From: Candidatus Latescibacterota bacterium | GTDB taxonomy: Bacteria; Latescibacterota; UBA2968; UBA8231 | DNA: 64,000 nt | Direction of reading: 5' to 3' | NCBI GenBank assembly: GCA_965248265.1 | Contig: CBDFJF010000001.1 | Location: 2,496,001-2,560,000 of the forward strand | Part shown: piece after piece, positions 18,564 to 27,788 of the stretch | How the letters are laid out: each line of letters opens with the position of its first letter | Position numbering within the stretch: position 1 is the first letter of the stretch | Position numbers and translations under genes: made by a program | Notes under the pieces: generated by a model | Seen by the model: the letters and a program-made list of their open reading frames with translations, nothing else | Told to the model about the DNA's origin: nothing | The model's database searches: none

Positions 18564-20135
18564 ATGGGCAAATATCTTGGTATCGACGCCAGCACCCAGT
18601 CAATGACGGGCCTCGTCATTGATTGGAATAGTGGCGAGATCTGTCTGGAATTATCCGTCAACTTCGATGATCATTTCGCTGCGGAGTACGGCGTCGAGAA
18701 CGGCGTCGTGGACCTGGGTGAGGGTCAGGTCCATAGCTCACCGCTTATGTGGGCGCAGGCCCTCGACCTGCTTTTCGAGCGTCTCGGAGAGCAGTGTGAT
18801 CTGTCGGAGCTCGACGCCGTATCCGGCAGTGGTCAGCAGCACGGCACGGTCTATCTCAATGAAGCCGCGGCCGGGTGCTTTGCCGGCCTCGATGCCAACC
18901 TTCCTCTCGCGTCACAGCTGTCTGGTGTGTTGTCACGAGCTACCGCGCCGATCTGGATGGACACCTCGACGACGACCCAGTGCCGGCAGATCGAGGATCA
19001 GGTCGGTGGCAGTATGGAAATGCTCAATCTGACAGGCAACACCGCATTCGAACGTTTCAGCGGTCCTCAGATCCGCAAGTTCTGGCAGCAGGATCCAGCC
19101 GGGTACGCGCAGACCGACTGCATCGCTCTTGTCAGTTCCTACATGGCGAGCCTGCTTGCGGGACGCCTCGTCGGTGTGGACGCGGGTGACGGCAGCGGTA
19201 CCAATTTGATGGACATCCGCGAACGCCGCTGGAGCGCACGTGCGTTGGCGGCTACCGCCCCGGAATTGGATGAGAAGCTGTTGCCGATTCCCCCCGCGGA
19301 TGCAGTCGCGGGAGCAATCAGTCCGTATTTTGTGTCGCGGTATGGTCTTTCACCTGCCTGCCAGGTGACCCCGTTTTCGGGAGACAACCCCAGCTCTCTT
19401 ATCGGCCTCGGTCTGGTGACCCCGGGCCGGGTTGCACTCAGCCTCGGTACGTCCGATACCCTGTTCGCGTGTATGGATCAGGCGCGAGCGTCGACGACAG
19501 GAGAGGGCGCTTTGTTCGCATCGCCCGATGGCGACCACTACATGGCGTTGATCTGTTTCTTGAATGGCAGCCTGGCGCGCGAGGCGGTGCGCGACCAGTT
19601 CAACCTGGATTGGCAAGACTTCACCCAGCTGCTGTCGCAGACGCCACCGGGCAATGACGGTGCCCTGATGCTGCCCTATTTCTCGGCAGAGATTGTCCCT
19701 CACATCCCGCAACCCGGTGTGGTTCGAGATCCCTCCCTCGACCTCGTCGATGCCGGCGCCAACGTGCGGGCCGTAATCGAGGCCCAGGCGCTGTCATCCC
19801 GCCTGCACTCGGAATGGATGGAGATCCCCGTAACCTCGCTGTCGGTGACCGGTGGGGCCTCGGCCAATCCGCAGATCCTGAAAATCTTCGCCGACGTCCA
19901 CGGTTGCCCCGTGCATCGTTTCCAGACCACGAACTCCGCCGCTCTCGGGGGCGCCCTGCGCGCCGGACACGCCCACATGAAGATCTCGGGGAATCCCATC
20001 AGCTGGACTGATGTGGTCGCTCCCTTCACGCAGCCGGATGCGGGTTCGACCATAGCCCCGGATCCTGGTACACGTGCGGTGTATGATCAAGCCCTGGAGC
20101 GTTATCGCGATCTCGAACAGAGACATACATCCTGA
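18564..20135 (+). CDS. FGGY-family xylulokinase, eukaryote-like subtype
   Basis: 'LGIDASTQS', 'SGSGQQHG', 'PIWMDTST', 'ERFSGPQIRK', 'GDNPSS', 'SLGTSDT' and 'TGGASAN' motifs. Confidence 0.82.
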   Translation: MGKYLGIDASTQSMTGLVIDWNSGEICLELSVNFDDHFAAEYGVENGVVDLGEGQVHSSPLMWAQALDLLFERLGEQCDLSELDAVSGSGQQHGTVYLNEAAAGCFAGLDANLPLASQLSGVLSRATAPIWMDTSTTTQCRQIEDQVGGSMEMLNLTGNTAFERFSGPQIRKFWQQDPAGYAQTDCIALVSSYMASLLAGRLVGVDAGDGSGTNLMDIRERRWSARALAATAPELDEKLLPIPPADAVAGAISPYFVSRYGLSPACQVTPFSGDNPSSLIGLGLVTPGRVALSLGTSDTLFACMDQARASTTGEGALFASPDGDHYMALICFLNGSLAREAVRDQFNLDWQDFTQLLSQTPPGNDGALMLPYFSAEIVPHIPQPGVVRDPSLDLVDAGANVRAVIEAQALSSRLHSEWMEIPVTSLSVTGGASANPQILKIFADVHGCPVHRFQTTNSAALGGALRAGHAHMKISGNPISWTDVVAPFTQPDAGSTIAPDPGTRAVYDQALERYRDLEQRHTS

Positions 20136-20214
20136 CCGAACTGCACCACCCCGGTATCGGGAATCATGCATTGAGGGGATCGCTGTACCGTGGATGGGAG
20201 AAGTTGTTTGCTAT

Positions 20215-20742
20215 CTACGTGCTCTGTCCGAGAATCGCCTGATAGGCCACCAGAGCGGCTGCCACGTGAACATTCATGGATGGGCCCTTGCCGTACATAG
20301 GCACGAACACGGCACCATCGCATTGCTGAAGGGTGGCGGGGTACACCCCCCGGCTTTCGTTGCCGAGCACCAGGCAGGTCTTTGAGGTGTACGGGTAATC
20401 GAGGTAGCAACGTGCGCCGCGTGCCGTCTCCAGGGCCACCAGGTGATAACCCTCCTCCCTCATGGCGATGGCAGCGGCATCCATTTCGGCGATGCGTCGC
20501 CATGGGATGCGGCGGTCGTGACCTCGCGAGGTCCGGTCGATTTCTTCGTGGGGAGGCGTCAGCGTCTTGCCGCTCATGACGATTTCGCGAGCGCCGCAGG
20601 CGTCGGCTATGCGGAATATGGACCCGACGTTGCGCGGATCTTCCATGCTCTGCAGCAGAAAGGCAATTTCGGCCTGCGGTGGATAGTCGTCGGCGGCCTG
20701 CTGGAACAGCCGCTTGATCTCCACCTTGCGCAGCGGCAACAT
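20215..20742 (-). CDS. TrmH/SpoU-family RNA methyltransferase
   Basis: 'DPRNVGSIFR', 'VLGNESRG' and 'VPMYG..PSMNV' motifs. Confidence 0.9.
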   Translation of the reverse strand: MLPLRKVEIKRLFQQAADDYPPQAEIAFLLQSMEDPRNVGSIFRIADACGAREIVMSGKTLTPPHEEIDRTSRGHDRRIPWRRIAEMDAAAIAMREEGYHLVALETARGARCYLDYPYTSKTCLVLGNESRGVYPATLQQCDGAVFVPMYGKGPSMNVHVAAALVAYQAILGQST

Positions 20743-20762
20743 GGCTTTTGGTTTCGGGTCAG

Positions 20763-21590
20763 TCAGAAGCTGATCTTCTTGAAGCGGCGCATGTTCTCGA
20801 CGATGGCAGTCTCCACCGGCAACCGCTCCATGCTCGAGGCGCCGTAGAACCCGTCCAGCCCGTCCGTGTTGCGCAGTACGAACTCGGCGTCATCCGGCTC
20901 GGAAATCGGCCCACCGTGACAGAGCGTAATCACCTCCGGGTTGACCTCCCGGGCCGCGTCGGCGATCGCCTGTACCTTCTCCGGTGCCTCTTCCAACGTC
21001 ACCGCCGTGGTCGCGCCGATCGACCCCTTCGTCGTCAGTCCCATGTGCGCGACGACGATATCAGCACCCGCCTCCGCCATCTGCTCACCCTCTTCGGGCG
21101 TGAACGCGTACGGTGTCGTCAGCAGTCCCAGCTCAGAAGCGATGCGGATCATCTCGACTTCGAGACCGAAGCCCATGCCGGTCTCTTCGAGGTTGGTGCG
21201 AATCAAACCGTCGAACAGACCTACCGTCGGAAAATTCTGCACGCCGGAGAAACCGATGTCCTCGACTTGCTTCAGGAACAAGTGCATCTGGCGAAATGGA
21301 TCGGTGCCGCAGACCCCGGCCAGCACAGGCGTGTCGTCGACGATGGTCAGGACTTCACCGGCCATGTCCATGACGATGGCGTTGGCATCGCCGTAGGGCA
21401 TGCAACCTGCCAGCGAGCCCCGGCCAGCCATGCGATAGCGCCCCGAATTGTATATGACGATCAGATCGACGCCACCCTCCTCTTCGAACTTGGCGCTGAT
21501 ACCGGTGCCGGCGCCGGCGCCGATGATGGGTACTCCGGAGTTGATCTGCTCGCGCAGCCGAGTAAGCACCTCATCTCTCGTGAAGGCCAT
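20763..21590 (-). CDS. PEP-hydrolase-like TIM-barrel protein (Tm-1 C-terminal-domain family)
   Basis: '[13 protein letters not shown]', '[17 protein letters not shown]', 'GVQNFPTVG', 'LCHGGPI' and '[12 protein letters not shown]' motifs. Confidence 0.9.
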   Translation of the reverse strand: MAFTRDEVLTRLREQINSGVPIIGAGAGTGISAKFEEEGGVDLIVIYNSGRYRMAGRGSLAGCMPYGDANAIVMDMAGEVLTIVDDTPVLAGVCGTDPFRQMHLFLKQVEDIGFSGVQNFPTVGLFDGLIRTNLEETGMGFGLEVEMIRIASELGLLTTPYAFTPEEGEQMAEAGADIVVAHMGLTTKGSIGATTAVTLEEAPEKVQAIADAAREVNPEVITLCHGGPISEPDDAEFVLRNTDGLDGFYGASSMERLPVETAIVENMRRFKKISF

Positions 21591-21608
21591 GGCCTGTCCT
21601 TTCCGCCT

Positions 21609-22028
21609 CTATGCGGTCGTCTGTGGGGGCTCGATTGTGACACCCTCCAACTTACGCAGCTCAGCTTCGGGACCGAAGGGTGCGTATATGGCGATCAATT
21701 GCATGACTTCGTCGCCCGTATTCACGGTTGAGTGATAGACAGCCGTCGGAATGTGCACGAGCGTTCCCGGACCGATCTCACGTTCGACCTCTCCTTCGGG
21801 CAGGTCCACCATCTGCAGACCACGACCGCGAATCACATAGAGAATCTCTTCGCTGTACGGATGATTATGCCGGTCGTGTCCCTTGCCGGATTCTAGGTTG
21901 ACGATGCCGGCGCTGAAGCGTTCGGCCGCCGTGACGTTGGGCTCCGACAACCATGATAACCGGCCCCAATCAAAGACCTGGGTCTCGACATCCTCCGCGT
22001 TGACGAAGGTTTTCTTTTGCTGTGTCAT
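21609..22028 (-). CDS. cupin-domain protein
   Basis: 'GHDRHNHPYSEEILYVIRG' and 'IPTAVYHSTVN' cupin motifs. Confidence 0.88.
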   Translation of the reverse strand: MTQQKKTFVNAEDVETQVFDWGRLSWLSEPNVTAAERFSAGIVNLESGKGHDRHNHPYSEEILYVIRGRGLQMVDLPEGEVEREIGPGTLVHIPTAVYHSTVNTGDEVMQLIAIYAPFGPEAELRKLEGVTIEPPQTTA

Positions 22029-22059
22029 ACTGCCTGCCCTCCGTTGGTTGGTTTGCTCC

Positions 22060-23290
22060 TCACACGTTGTCAGTCGAGATCAACTCCAGCATCAATTCCA
22101 CCGCACGCACGGAGAACGCTGGATCGTTGATGTTGGCGTCGATTTCGTAAACGGGAATCCCCTTCCTCAGCCTGTCTTTCAAGGCGGCGAACATGGCCGC
22201 ATCAGCTTCCCGGTCGCAGAACTGCTCTCCGTCTCCATCCAGGATGGAGACTCCCTTGAGCGGCAACAGAAAGGCGACGGGGCCTGAGGACTCATTGGCC
22301 TTGCGCGCGAAGATCTCTCCCAGGCGCTGATTCTCCTCGACGTTCGTCCGCATAAGGGTAACCGCGGGATTCCAATCATAAAACTGACGGCCGGCATCGC
22401 GATAGCGTTCGGGTACGCCCTCCGGACCGTTGTAATTGGCCATGTCCACGCATCCGGGCACGATGAGGTGGGGCAGGCCCCGGCGCCCAGGGGCGCTGAG
22501 TCGATCCGTCCCGGCGCTGAAGACGCCTTCGCAGATTTCATCCGCCCATTCAGTGGTAGTGATGTCCAGGACGGCGTCAACGAGCCCTTCGTCTACGAGA
22601 GCTTCCATCGTGCGACCGCCGGCCCCAGTGGCGTGAAAGACCAGTACCTCGTAGCCACCTTCGCCGAGCGCCTGCGCACAGGCATCGACGCATTGGGTCG
22701 TGTTGCCGAACATGGAGGCGGCGATAGTCGGACGGGCCTGCACCTCCGCCTCTATCTCCTCCTCGACCATACCACAGATCGCGCCGGCCGCCCGCGCATA
22801 GATGATGCTGGACACCCGGTTAACCCCGGCCACGTCGACGATGGATGGAATCAGGGTGACATCCTTCAGGCCGACGTAGGGTGAGGTATCTCCGGATGCT
22901 ACGGTGGAGACGCAGACCTTGGGCACTCCAACTGGCAGTGCTTGCATGGCCGCTGTGATGACACTGCTGCCACCCGAGCCACCCATCCCGATGACGCCGT
23001 CGAATTGACCCTTATCGAAAAGTCTGCGCAGCACCTTGGGCGCGCCTGAACTCATCGCTTTCATGGCCTCTGCACGGTCCTGTGCGCTACGCAGAGATTG
23101 CAGATCGGCGGCACTGGCCTCGGCCACCTCTGCCGCTTCAATGTCCACGGGGAATAGATCGGTGGTACCCAGAACCCCGGTGTTCACGGTGAGGACTCGG
23201 TGTCCTCGCCGCAGTATCCGGTCCCGCAGGAACGCGTAGTCGACGTCCTTCGTATCGAAGGCGGCCGATGAGAAGGATGGTCTTGACCAT
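22060..23290 (-). pseudogene. Tm-1-like ATP-binding domain (UPF0261) protein with a +1 frameshift near codon 10
   Basis: ATG 23290 reads MVKTILLIG. Removing one base at about 23263 continues as AFDTKDVDYAFLRDRI...VNTGV into the 375-aa ORF ('GGSGGS', 'SMFGNTT', 'FHATGAGG'). Confidence 0.8.
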
Positions 23291-23367
23291 GGCTCTGTCG
23301 TGTATGTGTGCTTCAGGGGTCACTGTGGTACGATGATGCTTTGTCAGGCGGCGGTCAAGCGAGGAGG

Positions 23368-24201
23368 TCAGTCCAGCTGGCGGCGCTTCACCCACAGAAT
23401 GAGAAGGTTGACGGCGATGAAAACCCAGATGGAGGCAACGGCCATTTGACGTTGCTCGCCGACCACCTCGTGCTCGTCGACAAGCTCCTGTGCTGCCACG
23501 AGCTCGCTCGCGATCGAGGCAAGGCTCCGGTCAGTTACTTCGACGGACATGGCGTGGGTGCCTGCTCCCGCGTCGGTAAGTGCCGTGCGGGCGGCCGCCA
23601 CCAGCGGCTGCGCCCTGCGCAGACTGCGATCCATCGTCGCCAGGCTGTCGACGATCGTCGACATCGCCACGAGTTGCGCGGCGGCCTGGCGCAAGTCATT
23701 CCGTATCGCCAGGCCAGTGGCCAGCTCTGACGATCCTGTTTCGTGACAGGGCGAGCAAGTCGTGTCCATCATGGCCGGCTCGGCTCCGCGCACGTCGTGA
23801 TTGCTGTGGCAGCTTATGCAGGTCGGATTCTTTGAATCGTTCCAGTCAGCGTGAGGCCCTTGGGCGAAGAACCTGACGGAAGCCACATGACAGGTGCCGC
23901 AGACGCGTACTATGTCCTGCCGCTGTGGGCGGCCGATGAAGCCGGTCCCCGGCGCCTTGGCAAGATCGTTGTCGGCCTCAAAGGGCAAACCCCCATGGCA
24001 GTCGTTGCACAGCAGCAGACCGGAGTGGAAATGGATGCTCTGGGCGAACGCCTCACCCTGTTCATAGTGACACAGGGCGCATGCAACGTCATCGAGATCG
24101 ACCTCGGGGGCGGCTATGGCAGCAGTCACGCCGAGCGCGAAACAGGCCGGGCTCAGCCAACGCAGCAACTGATCTGACCGGTTCCGCCTGCTCGCACTCA
24201 T
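23368..24201 (-). CDS. membrane-anchored pentaheme cytochrome c
   Basis: Five CxxCH motifs (CALCH, CNDCH, CGTCH, CISCH, CSPCH), a signal peptide, a helical region and a C-terminal TM helix. ATG overlaps the cytochrome b TGA. Confidence 0.88.
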   Translation of the reverse strand: MSASRRNRSDQLLRWLSPACFALGVTAAIAAPEVDLDDVACALCHYEQGEAFAQSIHFHSGLLLCNDCHGGLPFEADNDLAKAPGTGFIGRPQRQDIVRVCGTCHVASVRFFAQGPHADWNDSKNPTCISCHSNHDVRGAEPAMMDTTCSPCHETGSSELATGLAIRNDLRQAAAQLVAMSTIVDSLATMDRSLRRAQPLVAAARTALTDAGAGTHAMSVEVTDRSLASIASELVAAQELVDEHEVVGEQRQMAVASIWVFIAVNLLILWVKRRQLD

Positions 24202-25445
24202 GGGCCGGTTTGTTCGGAGGCTGATTCGTCGACGAGATGCGGTATCCCACGCATGTCGAAGTGGTAGGCCTTGCCCATGACGGTCCTCGTCGTCTCTGAC
24301 AAATGCCCGAGCACCCCCAACACCACAACCACGGCTGCGACCACCGTCATCCCGAGAATAACTCGCGGCCTCCGGCGCGGGTGGCGCTCGGGGGAGATGT
24401 CGATGACCAGGGGCAGCGCTACCAGGAGGAGGAGGAGGAGCGGCGGAACATGCACGCCGACGGCCTCGGGAACGTACTTGAGCAACTGGTACGCCGGCAG
24501 GAAGTACCACTCGGGCTTGATTCCCAGGGGGGTGACCAGGGGGTCAGCACGGTCTCCAAGATGGGGAGGCAGCAGCAGGGCGAGGGTCAGCAGCACCCCC
24601 GTCACCAGATAAACCGTCGTCAGATCTTTCAGCGTGTGATTCGGGTAGAACGGCTCCCCGCCAGCCTGGGAAACATCATGGGCGGGCGGTTCCGTTTCGT
24701 CCGTCCGGGTCAATGGCGAAATGCCCTGATAGCGGACCAGGACCAAGTGCAGGGACACCATGCCCAGCAGCGCCAACGGCAGCACGAATACGTGAATGAC
24801 GAAGAAACGGCCCAGGGTCGAATCGGCCACTTCGGTACCGCCGATCATGAACTGCTGAATCGCGGGTCCCAGAACCGGTATCGATGCCGGCGCTTCGGTC
24901 GCGACGACGGTGCCCCAATAGGCGACCTGGTCCCAGGGCAGCAGGTACCCGGTAAATCCAAAAATGAGGATGATCGCGAGCAGAGCCACGCCGATGATCC
25001 ACGTAACCTCTCGCGGGCGTTTGTAGCCGCCATAGGCGAACACCCTGGCCATATGCAGGAGAGCGACGATGATGATGAGGTGGGAACCCCAGCTGTGCAT
25101 GGAGCGCATCAGCCAGCCCAACGGAATGTCGGTTATGATACGCTCGACGCTGGCGTAGGCTTCGCGCGCGCTCGGCTTGTAGTACACCATCAGCAGGGCG
25201 CCGGTCAGCAGTTGGATACTCAGCAGAGCCATCAGGGCCGAGCCCAGAGTGAACGTCCAGTTGACGTGGGCGGGGACCGGCTTGGTGAGGTTGGCGCCGA
25301 GTCGTTGCGCCAGGTGACTCGCCGGAAAGCGATCGTCCAGCCACTGCCACAAGGGAACGAGCACTCGAGCCCACACTAGCTGTCTCAATGTACTACCGAC
25401 GGATCGCGACTCATGAGATGGGCTTGGCCCGGAGGCCCGCCTCAT
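24198..25445 (-). CDS. cytochrome b subunit of a Rieske/cytochrome b complex (unsplit)
   Basis: Four heme His ('RSMHSW', 'LHMARV', 'VIHVF', 'SLHLV'), 'GYLLPWDQ' and 'KPEWY'. The true start is probably TTG 25389 or GTG 25377. Confidence 0.92.
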   Translation of the reverse strand: MRRASGPSPSHESRSVGSTLRQLVWARVLVPLWQWLDDRFPASHLAQRLGANLTKPVPAHVNWTFTLGSALMALLSIQLLTGALLMVYYKPSAREAYASVERIITDIPLGWLMRSMHSWGSHLIIIVALLHMARVFAYGGYKRPREVTWIIGVALLAIILIFGFTGYLLPWDQVAYWGTVVATEAPASIPVLGPAIQQFMIGGTEVADSTLGRFFVIHVFVLPLALLGMVSLHLVLVRYQGISPLTRTDETEPPAHDVSQAGGEPFYPNHTLKDLTTVYLVTGVLLTLALLLPPHLGDRADPLVTPLGIKPEWYFLPAYQLLKYVPEAVGVHVPPLLLLLLVALPLVIDISPERHPRRRPRVILGMTVVAAVVVVLGVLGHLSETTRTVMGKAYHFDMRGIPHLVDESASEQTGP

Positions 25446-25860
25446 CGACGACGATTTCTACGCGACTCAAAGGGTCTCTGGCGGGACCGCGCAGCACTTC
25501 ACCCAGCAAGTTATAGCGGGCTCCGTGGCATGGGCACTCGACCTGCTCAACCTCCGAGTTCCACGCTACCGTGCAGCCCAGATGCGTGCAGGTGGCCTGA
25601 ATGCCGATGAACTCGCCGTTCGGGCGGCGCAGAACCAGGATCTTGCCCAGATCATTGCGGGCTACCACGCCCTGGTTGGCGGCTAGCGCGTCCGGGGACA
25701 ATGGCTCGCCTTCGCTCCCGCGCAGCAGGTCCGAAGTGGCAGCACCACTGCGCAACGGCCACAGATAGGCCAGGATAGTACCCAGAAAGCCACTGAGGCT
25801 TCCCAGCATGCCTACGCCGAGAAGGAGATTCACGACGCGGCGTGTGAGGGATGGTTTCAA
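25411..25860 (-). CDS. Rieske [2Fe-2S] protein
   Basis: 'CTHLGC' and 'CPCHG' boxes; N-terminal 'TRR' followed by a TM helix. Confidence 0.93.
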   Translation of the reverse strand: MKPSLTRRVVNLLLGVGMLGSLSGFLGTILAYLWPLRSGAATSDLLRGSEGEPLSPDALAANQGVVARNDLGKILVLRRPNGEFIGIQATCTHLGCTVAWNSEVEQVECPCHGARYNLLGEVLRGPARDPLSRVEIVVDEAGLRAKPIS

Positions 25861-25885
25861 ATCAGGCCACGGGAACGCATCACCG

Positions 25886-25913
25886 GGCTCGCGGGCGCGA
25901 TCGCCCGCGAGCC
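25886..25913. other. perfect 12-bp GC-rich stem-loop within the operon
   Basis: GGCTCGCGGGCG-CGAT-CGCCCGCGAGCC. Confidence 0.75.
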
Positions 25914-25959
25914 ACAGTTTAGCTATCGCCCGATAATCTCAGAGAGAGGTCGGCGCCGA

Positions 25960-26400
25960 TCAGCGCAGGAGCTTGCTGATCACGGATTTTACCGAAGCCC
26001 ACGTCGATTCTTCGACGGCGGTCGATACCATTTCGGGCGGATGACTGTCGGCATCGCCGGGAAAGTAGACTTCGTCCATTTCTGGATTGTCATCCCCGAT
26101 TGCCCAGGTGCCCTCTGGATCCCCCAGCTCTTCGCCGTTGGTGTAGCCGTCGCCATCCGAATCGATGGCAGCCAGTTCAGCCCCCCACACGACATCGAAC
26201 CCCGACAGAAAGTTCTCCTCGATTTCCAGGCCGAAAGAATTGCGCGCATCGCCTCCAGAAGCACTCATGTGGCAATTCAGGCAGTTGTTCACGGTGCCGT
26301 TCGGGATCTGTCCCGGCCTGTGAGCTCGACCGTCCACCTGCGAGGGCAGAGTGAGTGCGACCAGACCCAGGACCAACGTGCAGGAAATAATGCGTTTCAA
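25960..26400 (-). CDS. small secreted protein with one CxxCH motif, temptin-like core and a C-terminal 'STWASVK' tail
   Basis: Signal peptide; 'IPNG...CLNCH...GGDARNSFG...DSDGDGYTNGEELGDP...W'. TTG start with AGGAG RBS. Confidence 0.75.
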   Translation of the reverse strand: MKRIISCTLVLGLVALTLPSQVDGRAHRPGQIPNGTVNNCLNCHMSASGGDARNSFGLEIEENFLSGFDVVWGAELAAIDSDGDGYTNGEELGDPEGTWAIGDDNPEMDEVYFPGDADSHPPEMVSTAVEESTWASVKSVISKLLR

Positions 26401-26711
26401 AAAAAGTTCTCCTATTAATCAATTGCGCACCGTTTGCTGAACAGCCATAAAGATAACGAAGAGGTGGTCTTTGAGGCAAAAGTGTTACGAGGGTAGGATC
26501 CGATGGAGAAGTGATCGTCGACGTGAGCACATCAACCCAGTCTCCTCATACGCCATTCCTGCGAAGATGCAGCGCATCGGTGTTGACTCCTGAGTTGGGG
26601 TGCGACTGTCCGGGGGTCGCGCAACTGATATATTTGCGAAGGCACAGGGTTTTTGTTGATCAAGCACTATCAAACAGAGGCAGTGGTGACAAACCTCGAG
26701 CTTGAGCGGCC

Positions 26712-27755
26712 ATGACGCCGTCTTCGCCAGCTCCCAGCAGTCCCCATGAGCACAGGGAAGTTATCGGTGTTCTGTTGGCACAACTAGGAACCCCGGCGGC
26801 ACCTACAGCTTCTGCATTGCGACCCTATCTGCGGCAGTTCTTGTCCGACCCGCGGGTCGTCGATCTGCATCCATTGAGGTGGTGGCCGATTCTATATGGC
26901 ATCGTCCTGACCTTGCGCCCCGCTCGCTCGGCTCGTCGGTACCGCAACATCTGGCAGAAGGATGGGTCGCCGTTGATGATCTACTCACAGCAACAGACGG
27001 CCCTCTTGCAGCAGCAATTGGGCGATTCCTTCAGAGTCGTCCTCGGCATGCGCTATGGCCAACCCAGCATCGACGTGGCCGTTCGTGAGCTGCTGTCGCA
27101 GGGCATCGATCGCATCCTCCTGTTCCCGATGTTCCCCCAGTTCTCATGTGCGACCACCGGGTCGGTCTACGACGCCGTCTACGACGCCCTTCAGGGACGC
27201 AACGGGCCCTGGAGTTTCGAACGCCGCCGGTCGATGCCGGCTCTTCGTATCGTTCCGCCCTACTACGACCACCCCGCCTACATCGACAGTCTCAAGGGTA
27301 CGATAGAGGAGACGGTGACGTCCGCGATGCACCCGCCCGAGCGCTATCTGTTCACCTTCCATGGGATTCCGCGTCGGTATGTCGAAGAAGGCGATCCCTA
27401 CCGCTGGCAGTGCGAAGAGACGGCCCGCCTACTGGCGGCGAGTCTTGAGTTGGACTCAGATAGTTGGCTGGTGGGTTTTCAATCCCGCTTCGGCAAGGAG
27501 CCGTGGCTGGAGCCCTACACCGAGGAGGAGCTGGTTCGTCTAGGACGCGACGGTGTGCGCCGCCTGATCGCCGCCTGTCCGGGGTTCACGGCGGACTGTC
27601 TCGAAACTTTGGACGAAATCGGCAGGGAGGGGGCCGAGCAGTTCGCCGAGGGTGGTGGACGGGAACTCACCCTGGTGCCATGCCTCAACACCCATCCGAC
27701 TTGGATCGAGGCGATGGCGCAGATCACCCGCGAGAACAGCAACGGTTGGGCCTGA
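26712..27755 (+). CDS. hemH: ferrochelatase
   Basis: 'LAQLGTP', 'FLSDPRV', 'MRYGQP', 'FHGIP', 'FQSRFG..PWLEP' and 'DCLETLDEI' motifs. Confidence 0.95.
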   Translation: MTPSSPAPSSPHEHREVIGVLLAQLGTPAAPTASALRPYLRQFLSDPRVVDLHPLRWWPILYGIVLTLRPARSARRYRNIWQKDGSPLMIYSQQQTALLQQQLGDSFRVVLGMRYGQPSIDVAVRELLSQGIDRILLFPMFPQFSCATTGSVYDAVYDALQGRNGPWSFERRRSMPALRIVPPYYDHPAYIDSLKGTIEETVTSAMHPPERYLFTFHGIPRRYVEEGDPYRWQCEETARLLAASLELDSDSWLVGFQSRFGKEPWLEPYTEEELVRLGRDGVRRLIAACPGFTADCLETLDEIGREGAEQFAEGGGRELTLVPCLNTHPTWIEAMAQITRENSNGWA

Positions 27756-27788
27756 ACGCATCTTGACTTGCAGACTTGCGGGTGGCAA

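Noticed and set aside
24202-24510. N-terminal extensions in the ORF track (e.g. to 24510, 4730, 34756, 63150, and from 13754, 16291, 18411)
   Set aside because: They overlap neighbouring genes. Downstream starts with an RBS, a signal peptide or stop/start coupling fit better.
25385-25414. Frameshift at the cytochrome b start (ATGA-coupled MSRDPSVVH*)
   Set aside because: In-frame TTG and GTG starts just downstream give a complete protein, so no frameshift needs to be invoked.
26522-26673. FNR-like boxes upstream of hemH and the cytochrome operon
   Set aside because: The TTGAT/ATCAA half-sites have the wrong spacing (8 instead of 4) or a poor first half.
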